Notes under the pieces: model-generated | What the model was told of the DNA's origin: nothing | Databases searched by the model: none | The model's input: the letters and a program-made list of their open reading frames with translations, nothing else | DNA from: Patescibacteria group bacterium | GTDB lineage: Bacteria; Patescibacteriota; Microgenomatia; Levybacterales; UBA12049 | DNA length: 64,000 nucleotides | NCBI GenBank assembly: GCA_038063415.1 | Contig: JBBTVD010000006.1 | Location: 221,882-285,881, forward strand | Direction: 5' to 3' | Position numbers and translations under genes: made by a program | Shown: piece after piece, positions 25,198 through 35,086 of the stretch | Layout: each line of letters opens with the position of its first letter | Numbering within the stretch: position 1 is the stretch's first letter

Positions 25198-26055
25198 TTA
25201 TTCCTCTGCTTTCTTTGCGTATTGACTACTAATCCAGCCTTCTACACCATCTGGCAAGGTGATCTTGAACCAACCAGCTTTTTCTTCAACCAGATCATAT
25301 GATTCACCAGGAGTAACTTGACCAATTTCTGAAGCTCCAACAGAGCTTTCTGCTCGAACTCGGAGAAACCCAGTAGGAGTATCGAGAATAAGTATCTTTG
25401 TCACGGCAACTGCCGGCGATGGACTAAGCGTAGCCGAAGGAGAAGCAGATCTTGATGCCTCTTGCGGTGCTTCAAGACTCGTACTCAGATATGCTGCAAC
25501 GGTTAGCTTATACCCCAATGGCGTTCTGATACGAATGGTCTTTTCTTTATATCCATCTTTTTTTACCTTCAAGACATGATCTGATTCTGTTGGATCCTTG
25601 TGGAGGACTGGTGTGTCACCAATGGAACTATTATCAAGAAGCACCATCGACCCTCGAGGGAAAGAGACGACAAGGAGTTCCGCCTTTGTTTTATCAGAAA
25701 GAGCAGTTAGAGAAATCACACTTCCTTCAGAAAGAGAGTCTTCGCCAAACTTCCGATCGACAACGGTTAATACTCCAGAGGCAATAGTTATCTTCTCTTG
25801 GAACTCTTGCATTTTTTTATCAAGTGGTTCAAGGCGAATCGTATAATCTCCCGCTTGGAGCATATCGGTTGCATCACATTCACAGAGAGGGGTTTGTCCA
25901 ATATAAGTATCGTCTAAATACACTTTACTCTCAGGACTAGAGGTTACTTGTAATGCTCCTTTTTGCCCCTGTCCTTTATACACATACTGTAAAACAAAGA
26001 AAATAAGTGACGCAAGGATAAGTGAAGGGATAATAATAAAGAACAATTTTCTCAT
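25198..26055 (-). CDS. Membrane-anchored protein with two PEGA domains and a C-terminal SH3b-like domain
   Basis: N-terminal TM, PEGA-like segments (VTSSPESKVYLDDTYIGQTP; VVSFPRGSMVLLDNSSIGDTP) and a C-terminal GWFKITLPDGVEGWISSQY (SH3b-like). Confidence 0.6.
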   Translation of the reverse strand: MRKLFFIIIPSLILASLIFFVLQYVYKGQGQKGALQVTSSPESKVYLDDTYIGQTPLCECDATDMLQAGDYTIRLEPLDKKMQEFQEKITIASGVLTVVDRKFGEDSLSEGSVISLTALSDKTKAELLVVSFPRGSMVLLDNSSIGDTPVLHKDPTESDHVLKVKKDGYKEKTIRIRTPLGYKLTVAAYLSTSLEAPQEASRSASPSATLSPSPAVAVTKILILDTPTGFLRVRAESSVGASEIGQVTPGESYDLVEEKAGWFKITLPDGVEGWISSQYAKKAEE

Positions 26056-26115
26056 AACGTATTGATTTGCAGGATATACTAACTATAGCATAGAAAGAGG
26101 GGCTCGTTAAGGGAA

Positions 26116-28407
26116 TTATCTAGTTACTAAGCCAAATTCGAGAACTTCTCCACCACAATAGGTGGTAATAAGATCACAAGATTCTTGCAAAGATTTACGT
26201 ACCTGCTCTGGCGTTATCTCATCAATGCCATCTACATTAAGATAGATATTTTTTGTTTGCTCTGTTACCGCTGTTCTCTGGGAATCTCGGAAATTGAAAT
26301 CAATATTGTATCCTCCTTGCTGATCAAAATAGGAAAGTTCTGTTTCCTTGTACTTTGTAGATTCAGTATCGCCAAGTAATAAAATCTCCTCCCCAGCTTT
26401 TGCAAAGCGAAGTTCAGTCGGGAACTGCAGAGTATCTAGATCAAATGCGCCAATCGAGATACGATGCCTCATTACAACTAGATTATATGCATCTACACAA
26501 GTATTGATTGTATATAAATCTTTTCCTTGAGCAACCCGTCGAAGTAACGCTTCAGGGCTGGGTCTGCGTGAATGCCAATCAATCCCCATTGCTTTATAGA
26601 GTTTTCGATAACTTAAGACTTCAAGATATTCTCCAATTTTTTCTGTCGTTAGTCCTTTTAAAGAATCCAACAATTTTTCCTTCTCTTTTTCAAGTTCTGG
26701 GTTTGTTTTACTAATAGTAACTCCCTTAATGACGGCAATACCAATGGAGATTGAAGGATGTTTTTCTTTGACGTTTTTATCTATTGAAAAAATGTTTGAG
26801 GAAATACCAGTCATTCTGGCAAGCGGAGCGCGTCCAGAATCTTTATTTTCGATTCTGGAGTCCTCGCTTTCGCTCGTCCCCAGAATGACGTCATTAAACC
26901 TCTTTTGTACAAAATCTTTCTCAAGAGAGAGGATAAACCAAGCAGCTTTTGGTCCATGGTCTTTGCCAATGAGGGACTGGTAGATTGCTGAAAAAGTTTG
27001 TTTACCATTGAGTCCCAAGGGCTTCCCTAATTCATAAATCTGTGTCTGTAAATCATCAGCATTCCACTCTTTATCTAACTCTGCAACTATTTTTTGTAAA
27101 AGTTCTTTTTGTTCAGCAGAGAGATGTTTTGCTCCCTCTGGCGTATCTTTCTGAACCAAGAATTTTGCAGAATCTGGCGCATACTTTTCTATCCACACTC
27201 TCGCATATTTCGCCCATTCCTCAAGTCCTTCCTCTTTAATTTTGTCTTGCATGTTCGGCATCTGCACCCACTGTGCAAGTACAGAGAAACGAATACTTGG
27301 CGGTTTGACTATATCACCAATTTGTGAGAGTTCAAAAGTACGAGCAAGATCTTCATCCGTTTTATCAAAATATGCTGCTGCTGCTTTTTGATACGCATCA
27401 AATAAATTTGGAATAGTATCTTTCTCCGTTGGATCAAAGTTTGTTTGCTGTTTTATATCCATTTTTACAATCAAAAAACGAACTAACTCTGCCGGTAAAA
27501 TAGAAAGCATATCTCCAGCTGAAAAACCTCTTCCTTTTGAAGAAGACATTTTTTTCCCACCAATCAACATAAATTCATAACTAACAGGATATGGCACAGG
27601 ATAATCAAGCACTTTCTTAGCAATAAGCGAGGTGAGGTCATGCGACCCACCCTTACTCATATGATCCTTTCCAGCACCCTCTACGGTCACACCAATCGCT
27701 TGCCATTTGCAAGCCCATTCTATTTTCCACGGCATTTTTCCTTTAATACCGTTTTCATCACTAAATGGAGAAGTTTTTCCTTCATGTCCACACCCTTTTG
27801 TCCATTCAGTGGCATCAACTGGGCAACGGTAGTGAACAAATTCTCCATCCCAGTCATAGACGCGAGTTGTTGAAACCTTGCCACAGGATTCACAGTAAAC
27901 CTGGAAAGGATACCAGTCAGCAGGCATTTCTTTTTTATACATTTGTTGATAAATACTTCGTATTTCGGAAGCGTTATCCAATGCTTTTTTAACCCCAGTA
28001 TTCATTTTGCCACTCGTATATAAGTCTTTCGTCCAGATGATTTCAGGATATGATCCGATTTGGTTAAAAGCTTTTTTGAATTCTAATGCATAATACTCAG
28101 CATAATCTTTGTAACCCTCAAGAGGTGAAGGAACTCTAAAAAGTGGCATACCAAGATACTTCTCAAATTTCTCTCGAGGGAGATAAGAAGGTATATCATC
28201 CATTGGGTCATGGTTTTCAAATACATAGGTATACTTTGCCGCTACACCTTGATCTTTTAATGCTCGGTAAACCAAATCATGGAAAACCACCCCAAAAAGT
28301 GAACCTACATGAATACGACCCGATGGTGTCTTCATATCGTCAACCCAATAAGGTGTATATTTACCTGAATCAATAATTTCTTTTGCTACTTTATCTGCCC
28401 AGAACAT
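26116..28407 (-). CDS. lysK: Class I lysyl-tRNA synthetase fused to a ~250-aa C-terminal extension carrying a B3/4 (PheT-type) domain
   Basis: The N-terminal 510 aa align to archaeal-type LysRS-I (MFWADKVAKEII..., TPSGRIHVGS, EGAGKDH, KMSSSKG, AWFILSLEKDFVQKRF). The C-terminal part contains NTCVDAYNLVVMRHRISIGAFDLDTLQ, matching the B3/4 core (vDitNyv...g.P.HaFDld). Confidence 0.8.
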   Translation of the reverse strand: MFWADKVAKEIIDSGKYTPYWVDDMKTPSGRIHVGSLFGVVFHDLVYRALKDQGVAAKYTYVFENHDPMDDIPSYLPREKFEKYLGMPLFRVPSPLEGYKDYAEYYALEFKKAFNQIGSYPEIIWTKDLYTSGKMNTGVKKALDNASEIRSIYQQMYKKEMPADWYPFQVYCESCGKVSTTRVYDWDGEFVHYRCPVDATEWTKGCGHEGKTSPFSDENGIKGKMPWKIEWACKWQAIGVTVEGAGKDHMSKGGSHDLTSLIAKKVLDYPVPYPVSYEFMLIGGKKMSSSKGRGFSAGDMLSILPAELVRFLIVKMDIKQQTNFDPTEKDTIPNLFDAYQKAAAAYFDKTDEDLARTFELSQIGDIVKPPSIRFSVLAQWVQMPNMQDKIKEEGLEEWAKYARVWIEKYAPDSAKFLVQKDTPEGAKHLSAEQKELLQKIVAELDKEWNADDLQTQIYELGKPLGLNGKQTFSAIYQSLIGKDHGPKAAWFILSLEKDFVQKRFNDVILGTSESEDSRIENKDSGRAPLARMTGISSNIFSIDKNVKEKHPSISIGIAVIKGVTISKTNPELEKEKEKLLDSLKGLTTEKIGEYLEVLSYRKLYKAMGIDWHSRRPSPEALLRRVAQGKDLYTINTCVDAYNLVVMRHRISIGAFDLDTLQFPTELRFAKAGEEILLLGDTESTKYKETELSYFDQQGGYNIDFNFRDSQRTAVTEQTKNIYLNVDGIDEITPEQVRKSLQESCDLITTYCGGEVLEFGLVTR

Positions 28408-28420
28408 AGTTAGTATTGTA

Positions 28421-29527
28421 TCATGCGATATAGCCTTTTTTCACCAGTAACTCTGCTGCCAGTATCGCTCCTCCAGCAGCGCCACGAATGGTATTGTGAG
28501 AAAGCGCAATAAACGAATAATCAAAATGTGTGTCCTCTCGAAGTCTCCCCATGGTAATCCCCATCCCATTTCCATAATCACGATCAAGCTTCGTTTGTGG
28601 TCTATTCTCTTCTGCAAAATACTTAATAAGTTTTGTGGGGGAAGAAGGCAAGTCAAGAGAAACGAGTGCATGGTTTTTATTAAAATTTTCTATCGCTTGC
28701 AGTAATTGCTCTTTGGTTGGTCTTTTGGCAAAAGAGACAGAGACACTTGCCATATGCCCATCTGCAACTGGTACTCGAATACAAGTTGCTGAAATCGATG
28801 GTTGGATTGCAGAAACTAATACATCTTCTTTAATTGTTCCCCAAATCTTCATGGGCTCTTTTTCTGACTTTTCTTCTTCTCCTCCGATAAGTGGGATCAC
28901 GTTATCAATCATTTCTGGCCAAGTTTCAAAATTCTTTCCCGCACCTGAAATTGCTTGGAGACTGGTCACCTGAACTTGTTTTGGTTGAAACTCTCGTAAT
29001 GCTGTCAAAATAATACTGTACGATTGGATCGAGCAGTTAGGTTTGACTGCAATAAAACCCTTTTTCCATCCTCTCTTTTTTTGCTGTACGGGGATAAGGT
29101 CTGCATGATGAGCATTTACTTCGGGTATAAACATTGGGATATCCTCAGTCCAACGATGTGCTGAGTTATTGGAGACAACTGGGACACCACGTGCCGCATA
29201 GGATTCTTCAATCTTTTGAATAGTCTCTTTATCAAGATCAAGCGCACAAAAAACAAAATCAACTGATTCTGTAATTTTCTCTTTATCATCAACTACCGAT
29301 TGTACAATAAGGTTACCTAAGCTGGTCGGAATTTTTTCTTGCATTTTCCAAGTCCCACTCACTGCTTCTCCATACTCTTTTCCAGCAGATCGAGGAGAAG
29401 CAGCAACAACAACCACTTTAAACCATGGATGATTCTCAAGAAGGGCAATGAATCGCTGTCCGACCATCCCAGTTGCGCCTAAGATACCTACTTTATATTT
29501 TTTTCTTTTCATAGTTTTTATTGTCAT
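28421..29527 (-). CDS. asd: Aspartate-semialdehyde dehydrogenase
   Basis: KVGILGATGMVGQRF NAD(P)-binding start, catalytic Cys region and the C-terminal dimerisation domain; 368 aa. Confidence 0.9.
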   Translation of the reverse strand: MTIKTMKRKKYKVGILGATGMVGQRFIALLENHPWFKVVVVAASPRSAGKEYGEAVSGTWKMQEKIPTSLGNLIVQSVVDDKEKITESVDFVFCALDLDKETIQKIEESYAARGVPVVSNNSAHRWTEDIPMFIPEVNAHHADLIPVQQKKRGWKKGFIAVKPNCSIQSYSIILTALREFQPKQVQVTSLQAISGAGKNFETWPEMIDNVIPLIGGEEEKSEKEPMKIWGTIKEDVLVSAIQPSISATCIRVPVADGHMASVSVSFAKRPTKEQLLQAIENFNKNHALVSLDLPSSPTKLIKYFAEENRPQTKLDRDYGNGMGITMGRLREDTHFDYSFIALSHNTIRGAAGGAILAAELLVKKGYIA

Positions 29528-29530
29528 CTT

Positions 29531-29601
29531 TCGTCATTCTGGCCGAGTCCAGAATCCGTTTCTATTAAGATCCTGGATGCGCTGCGGCTCACCAGGATGA
29601 C
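29531..29601. repeat. Structured palindromic intergenic repeat, copy 2 of 3, in the dapA-asd spacer
   Basis: cgtcattctggccgagtccagaatc...gatcctggatgcgctgcggctcaccaggatgacg. Same element as 11606-11676. Confidence 0.6.
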
Positions 29602-29625
29602 GGTTAGGTAAGGCAATTTATACTT

Positions 29626-30510
29626 CTAGATTAGTTCCATATTCTTTAATACTTTTTTCAACTCTTCTTTATTTTTCTTTTCCATTTGAACGAGCGGCAA
29701 GCGGAAAACTTCCTCGACCTTTCCCATCAGAGCAAGTGCCGTTTTAACTGGCTGGGGATTCGTCTCAATAAAATTAACATCCATGAGATCCAATAGCTGA
29801 TAATGCATCTTTTTTGCTTTCTCCCATTCTCCCGCAAGGGCGTGTTGAACAAGTTGGGTAAAGGCTTTCGGAGTTTCGTTTGCAACAACCGAAATGGCAC
29901 CCATTCCTCCAATTGCAATGATTGGCAAGGTGAAGTTGTCATCGCCAGAAAGAAGGGAGAAGTTTTTTGGAGCACTTCTGATAATCTCCATCATCTGGGG
30001 AAGATTCGCAGATGATTCTTTGATACCAATCACTTGTGGAATCTCTTGTGCTATACGTAGCGTCGTTGCCGCAGTCATATTACTCCCCGTTCTTCCCGGG
30101 ACATTATAAAGTAAAAACGGTAAGTCTACCGTTGCAGCAATCGCTTTATAGTGTGCAAGAAGACCAGCTGGTGTTGGTTTGTTGTAGTAGGGATTTACAT
30201 GCAGTAAAATATCCGCACCAGATTTTTTTGCAAGTTGCGATAAATGAATTGACTTATGCGTATCATTACTTACAGCACCAGCAATCACAGGAATACGTCC
30301 AGCTACCGTATCAACCACCGTTTTGATCACGAGTGAGTACTCTTCAAAACTCAGGGTTGCTGCCTCTCCAGTTGACCCACATGCTACGATACCATTGATA
30401 CCTTCTTTTATTTGAAAGGCAACGAGTTTTTGTAGCGTTGGCACGTCAACATTTCCCTTTTTATCAAAAGGAGTCACAAGCGCAGTGATGGCACCAGTCA
30501 GTTGTTTCAT
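29626..30510 (-). CDS. dapA: 4-hydroxy-tetrahydrodipicolinate synthase
   Basis: LTGAITALVTPF... TIM-barrel DapA/NAL family; 294 aa. Sits in the lysine operon. Confidence 0.9.
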   Translation of the reverse strand: MKQLTGAITALVTPFDKKGNVDVPTLQKLVAFQIKEGINGIVACGSTGEAATLSFEEYSLVIKTVVDTVAGRIPVIAGAVSNDTHKSIHLSQLAKKSGADILLHVNPYYNKPTPAGLLAHYKAIAATVDLPFLLYNVPGRTGSNMTAATTLRIAQEIPQVIGIKESSANLPQMMEIIRSAPKNFSLLSGDDNFTLPIIAIGGMGAISVVANETPKAFTQLVQHALAGEWEKAKKMHYQLLDLMDVNFIETNPQPVKTALALMGKVEEVFRLPLVQMEKKNKEELKKVLKNMELI

Positions 30511-31241
30511 ACGATGAGCTCCTCAAACACATCATCAAAAGAATAAAAGCCTTTTTTGTTATGAATAAATCTGGCCGCAACAAGCGCACCCTCAGCAAAG
30601 CCACGTCCACCGCGAGATTGATGAGTAAGAGAAATCTCATCAGCAATACTATCAAAGGTCACTTCATGTCTGCCACGATTATGCCCTCCTCTGAGGGAAG
30701 CAAAATGTAACTCTTCTTTTTTGATTGGCCGATCAATGGCATCGGTCTGGACAACTTTTTTTGCCGGAAAGCTCTCAAGAATGATACTCGTTAGTTTTTT
30801 TGCAGTTCCACTTGGACTATCTTTTTTAGCCGTGTGATGGACCTCAAATCCATACACATCATATGCTTCAAACTTCTGTGCTAGTTTACTGGCATAACCT
30901 GTTAGTTTATAGAAAATGTTAACCCCAATGGAAAAATTTGGACCATAGACAAATGCACCATTTTCTTTTTTTATCATATCTTTTACTTGATCCAAGTTGT
31001 CATACCAACCAGTTGTCCCGATAACCAATGGTTTTTTAAGTTCGAGAATTTTTGGAATGTTTTCAAGAACAATAGCTGCTGAGGTAAAATCTATCACCAC
31101 ATCTGCTTCTTGGATACCTATGATGTCCAGCTCTTTTTGCTCACCATACGAAACAGATACGATTTTATCCGTTGTTGACTGCTCAACAATACTTGCAATT
31201 TCACGTCCAACTTTACCAAATCCAACAAGTGCGATATTCAT
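30507..31241 (-). CDS. dapB: 4-hydroxy-tetrahydrodipicolinate reductase
   Basis: MNIALVGFGKVGREI Rossmann start and the DapB C-terminal domain (HHTAKKDSPSGTA); 244 aa. Confidence 0.9.
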   Translation of the reverse strand: MNIALVGFGKVGREIASIVEQSTTDKIVSVSYGEQKELDIIGIQEADVVIDFTSAAIVLENIPKILELKKPLVIGTTGWYDNLDQVKDMIKKENGAFVYGPNFSIGVNIFYKLTGYASKLAQKFEAYDVYGFEVHHTAKKDSPSGTAKKLTSIILESFPAKKVVQTDAIDRPIKKEELHFASLRGGHNRGRHEVTFDSIADEISLTHQSRGGRGFAEGALVAARFIHNKKGFYSFDDVFEELIV

Positions 31242-32578
31242 TTTGCTCCTTTCTGGTTAATTAACCTTGCATGCAATAATACAACTGCGGTATCAATCTG
31301 CTCAGAAGGAATAACCAAACTGATATTAATATTTGCCGTACTCTGAGAAATCATTTGTGTGACAATATTGTTACTTTCAAATGTTGAAAAAACGGTATGC
31401 ATGATGTGACCAACACTTCCGACGCCTTCGCCAATTAATGCAATCATACCACAACTTTCAGATCGTGTAACGGTACCGATCGCCTTAAGATCAGCCATTG
31501 CGGCAGAAAGATGTTCATCATTTTCTAGAGAAATAGACACACTGACCTCAGACACACTGACTAAATCAACAGAAATATGGTGCTTGGTGAAAAGGGCAAA
31601 AACTTCTGCCAAAAACCCTTTCTTAAAAAGCATCTCTGTTGAATAAATAGTCACGAGTGTTATGTGTTTTTTAGTAGCGATAGCAGCAATACGTTTCTCA
31701 ACAGCAATATCTTTGGTTATAATGGTTCCTTCGTTTGTCGGATTAAGCGTATTACAAACTCGTACAGGAATGTTTTTCTGCATTGCCGGACGAATGGTAC
31801 GAGGATGCAGTACTTTTGCTCCAAAGGCAGCAAGCTCGGCTGCTTCTCGATAGGAAACTTGTGGCAACAGTTTTGCGTCTTTAATAAAACGTGGATCGGC
31901 ACTATAAATACCATCAACATCAGTCCAAATCTGAATTTCTTCTGCAGAAAGCGCGTAGCCAATGATTGCTGCGCTATAGTCAGAACCACCACGGCCAAGC
32001 GTCGTCACTTTTCCGTTGCTAGTTGATCCAATAAACCCAGTAATAACAGGAACGATACCTTCTTTAAGCAATGGATCAAGTATCGCTTTTGTTTTTGCTG
32101 TTGTTTCTTTTGGCAAGAACTCTGCTGAACCAAATTCATTGTCTGTCACAATAAGTTCTGTTGCTTTTATTGCTTTTGCGCTTATTCCAAAGTGGTCCAT
32201 AACTGTAGCAATAAGATAAGAAGACATAATTTCTCCATACGATACTATTGCATCGGATAATTCGCTGTTCTTTTTTTTACTTGCAAGTATTTTTTGTATT
32301 TCTTGCTCGCATTGCTCAAGAAAAGGAAGTACCTGATCTTGGAGAGAAGAGTCGTACTGATCAAGTAATTTACCATGTAAGCCTCGTATTTGGACAAAAA
32401 TACTTTTTCGTTCGTTAACAGAAGCTGAAGGAAGCGAGAGTAATAAATCTGTCACGCCACGAATTGCAGAGACTACAACCACTGGCTGTCGTTCCTTCTC
32501 CTCCTGGACAATAGTACAGATTGTCTCAAGTCTTTCGTGGGTACTGACAGATGTTCCGCCAAATTTTAAAATAATCAT
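31238..32578 (-). CDS. lysC: Aspartate kinase
   Basis: MIILKFGGTSV, an amino-acid kinase fold, and C-terminal ACT domains; 446 aa. Confidence 0.9.
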   Translation of the reverse strand: MIILKFGGTSVSTHERLETICTIVQEEKERQPVVVVSAIRGVTDLLLSLPSASVNERKSIFVQIRGLHGKLLDQYDSSLQDQVLPFLEQCEQEIQKILASKKKNSELSDAIVSYGEIMSSYLIATVMDHFGISAKAIKATELIVTDNEFGSAEFLPKETTAKTKAILDPLLKEGIVPVITGFIGSTSNGKVTTLGRGGSDYSAAIIGYALSAEEIQIWTDVDGIYSADPRFIKDAKLLPQVSYREAAELAAFGAKVLHPRTIRPAMQKNIPVRVCNTLNPTNEGTIITKDIAVEKRIAAIATKKHITLVTIYSTEMLFKKGFLAEVFALFTKHHISVDLVSVSEVSVSISLENDEHLSAAMADLKAIGTVTRSESCGMIALIGEGVGSVGHIMHTVFSTFESNNIVTQMISQSTANINISLVIPSEQIDTAVVLLHARLINQKGAK

Positions 32579-32594
32579 ACAAGTGCTCCTTTCA

Positions 32595-33929
32595 TCAAAA
32601 CTGATTCTCCTTTGGTAGTATTTGTTTTTTGAGAAATGTTTTTGGATGTTCTGATTTTCTTATGACGAAGAATTTTCCATTGTTCACAAGTACTTCGGAG
32701 GCAGTATGCATACTCATAAAATAAGGCATTGCCTCACTCCATCCATAGGCTCCCGCAACAAAAACGCCAATCAGATCTCCTCGTTTGGTATCTTTTGGCA
32801 AAGAGACATCTTTTCGCAAAAAATCTATCGGAGAACACAATGATCCTCCAATATCCATTGTTTCACCTTCCTCTGAATCTAAACGACTGAGGTTGTATGC
32901 TGGATGTGTACTGGCAGTGTCTACCAAACTCGGCCGTAATAAATGATGCACTCCACCATCGACCAGAACTATCTTCTTGCCATAAGACTCTTTTACTGAA
33001 TCTACTCGAGCAATATAAATGCCACTCTGTCCAACAATATATCTGCCTGGTTCAACAGAAAGTGCTACCTTATTTTCTTGCAAAAAAGGGAACGCAGCCA
33101 GCACATCACCAAGTTTCTTTGAGATAGTTGCAAGCTGTAATGGTTGCTCTGACTCAGCATAAGGAATACCCAATCCTCCACCAAAATCAATCGATCGAAT
33201 TGGGAAATATTTATTGAGTTTTTGAGCAACTCGACAAATATTTGTGACATTCGTTAAAAAAGTTTCTGTGTTGAGCATATTTGCTGCATAGACATGCATA
33301 CCAACAAGTTCACTATGTGGTAATTGTTGCACCCTTTGGATAAAGTCTTTGGTAACTATCGCTTCATCGATGCCAAATTTGGATACACCCCCAGCCATTA
33401 TTTGATGTGCTGCATGCTCTGTTGGTTGTTCGATGTTTATCCGAAGTGCAATTCGTTGCCGTACTCCTTTTGCTTTTGCGATAGTATTGATTCGCTCTAT
33501 TTCTTCTTCACCTTCTACATTGATGACATCAATACCATAGGAGATAGCAAACGCAAGTGCTTCATCAGTTTTTACTGGCCCAGCAAAAGAAACTTTTTTT
33601 GGATCTGCTCCAATTTTTTGTGCAACGAGTAATTCACCAAGAGATGCAACATCAAGTCCTGCACCTAATTTGTATAAACCATCGACAATCGCAAGTGCGG
33701 TGTTTGGTTTGACTGCATAATAGATAGAAATCCCATATGGAGCAAGTGCATCACGCAGTCCTTCATACTGTCTTTTGATTGTTGCAGCATCATAGACATA
33801 GAAAGGTGGAGGGACTTTGGCTACAATTTCTTCAAGAGAAACACCACTAATAAAAAAGCTCTCTTTTCCCTGATGTTTTTCCGTCGCAAAACTTTCACTT
33901 ATCCAACTTGTTTTATTTTTTACTGCCAT
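32595..33929 (-). CDS. lysA: Diaminopimelate decarboxylase (PLP-dependent Orn/DAP/Arg decarboxylase family)
   Basis: YYAVKPNTALAIVDGLYKLGAGLDVASLGEL, the PLP-binding Lys region, and a C-terminal beta-sandwich. Confidence 0.88.
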   Translation of the reverse strand: MAVKNKTSWISESFATEKHQGKESFFISGVSLEEIVAKVPPPFYVYDAATIKRQYEGLRDALAPYGISIYYAVKPNTALAIVDGLYKLGAGLDVASLGELLVAQKIGADPKKVSFAGPVKTDEALAFAISYGIDVINVEGEEEIERINTIAKAKGVRQRIALRINIEQPTEHAAHQIMAGGVSKFGIDEAIVTKDFIQRVQQLPHSELVGMHVYAANMLNTETFLTNVTNICRVAQKLNKYFPIRSIDFGGGLGIPYAESEQPLQLATISKKLGDVLAAFPFLQENKVALSVEPGRYIVGQSGIYIARVDSVKESYGKKIVLVDGGVHHLLRPSLVDTASTHPAYNLSRLDSEEGETMDIGGSLCSPIDFLRKDVSLPKDTKRGDLIGVFVAGAYGWSEAMPYFMSMHTASEVLVNNGKFFVIRKSEHPKTFLKKQILPKENQF

Positions 33930-35086
33930 TTTGAAAAAACTCCTTTCATTCGTTCCAGTCCTTCTGTTATTTCCTCTTCCGATGCTGCATACGAAAGTCT
34001 GATAAAATTTCTCCCAGCAGATCCAAAAGCAAGCCCTGGAACTGTTACCACATTTGCTTCCTCAATTAACTTTTTGGCAATATGCATGCCATCACCAAAT
34101 CTTGATACGTCAACAAAATAATAAAATGCCCCATGCGATTCTTGAACACTAAGTCCATTAATTCCTTTGAGGAGTTTCCCCATTAGCTTCCTTCGAGTAG
34201 CAAGTTGCTCATGATAAAAAATAAGTTCTTCTTCACATGCTCCTTGCACCACAGGAAGTGCCGCATATTGCGAATCAGTTGGGGCACACACATACGCTGC
34301 CTGCTGGGATTTGACCGCATCTTTGATAAAAAAATCAGGACCGACTAACCAACCAAGTCTTTTCCCTGTTTGACTTGCTTGCTTTGATAACCCATCTATA
34401 ATAATTGCACGGTCTGTATACTCAGCAATTGAATGATGCTTTGCTCCGTCAAAAATACAGGTAGAATAAATCTCATCTGAGAGAAAGAATAATGATGGAT
34501 GATCTGTTGTTTCTTTTGCTAGTATTTTTAATACGTTTTCTGAGGCGACTTGTCCTGTTGGATTAGAAGGAGAGTTAATAACGATAATTTTTGTCTGAGG
34601 AGTTATTTTTTTCAAAAGATCAGCTACATCAACATCAAACCTGTCGGTTAGTGCATAAGTAATTACTTTTGCTCCCCATTTTCCAGGAAGGGTTTTATAG
34701 AGAGGATAAAAAAGTGCAGGAATTAATACTTCATCCCCAGGATTAAGCATTGTTTCAAAGGTAATAAAAAGCCCACCTGTTGAGCCGGAAGTAATAATAA
34801 CGTTCTCACGATTTGCTTCAAAAGAAAACGTGTTTTTGTAATTGCTAGCAATAGCATCACGCAACGCTGGTAAACCCGCATTTGGCGTATAGCCAGTTTT
34901 CCCTTCAGTAATTGCCCGACGATTTGCTTCTTGTGCTTTTTGCGGCATAGGAAACGGTAGCTCCCCTAATCCCAGACTAACTCTGGATAATGTTCCGGTA
35001 TAGGGTGTTTCCATAATTGAACGAATGAGCGATATTGCTGTTTGTGCAATTCGTTCATTCGGTTGGTAATAGTGCTGCATGCTCAT
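33920..35086 (-). CDS. dapC: Class I (AspC-like) aminotransferase, probably N-succinyl-diaminopimelate aminotransferase
   Basis: Fold-type I aminotransferase motifs (NSPSNPTG, the PLP Lys region SKQASQTGKRLG). The assignment as dapC is inferred from its position between dapD and lysA. Confidence 0.65.
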   Translation of the reverse strand: MSMQHYYQPNERIAQTAISLIRSIMETPYTGTLSRVSLGLGELPFPMPQKAQEANRRAITEGKTGYTPNAGLPALRDAIASNYKNTFSFEANRENVIITSGSTGGLFITFETMLNPGDEVLIPALFYPLYKTLPGKWGAKVITYALTDRFDVDVADLLKKITPQTKIIVINSPSNPTGQVASENVLKILAKETTDHPSLFFLSDEIYSTCIFDGAKHHSIAEYTDRAIIIDGLSKQASQTGKRLGWLVGPDFFIKDAVKSQQAAYVCAPTDSQYAALPVVQGACEEELIFYHEQLATRRKLMGKLLKGINGLSVQESHGAFYYFVDVSRFGDGMHIAKKLIEEANVVTVPGLAFGSAGRNFIRLSYAASEEEITEGLERMKGVFSKWQ

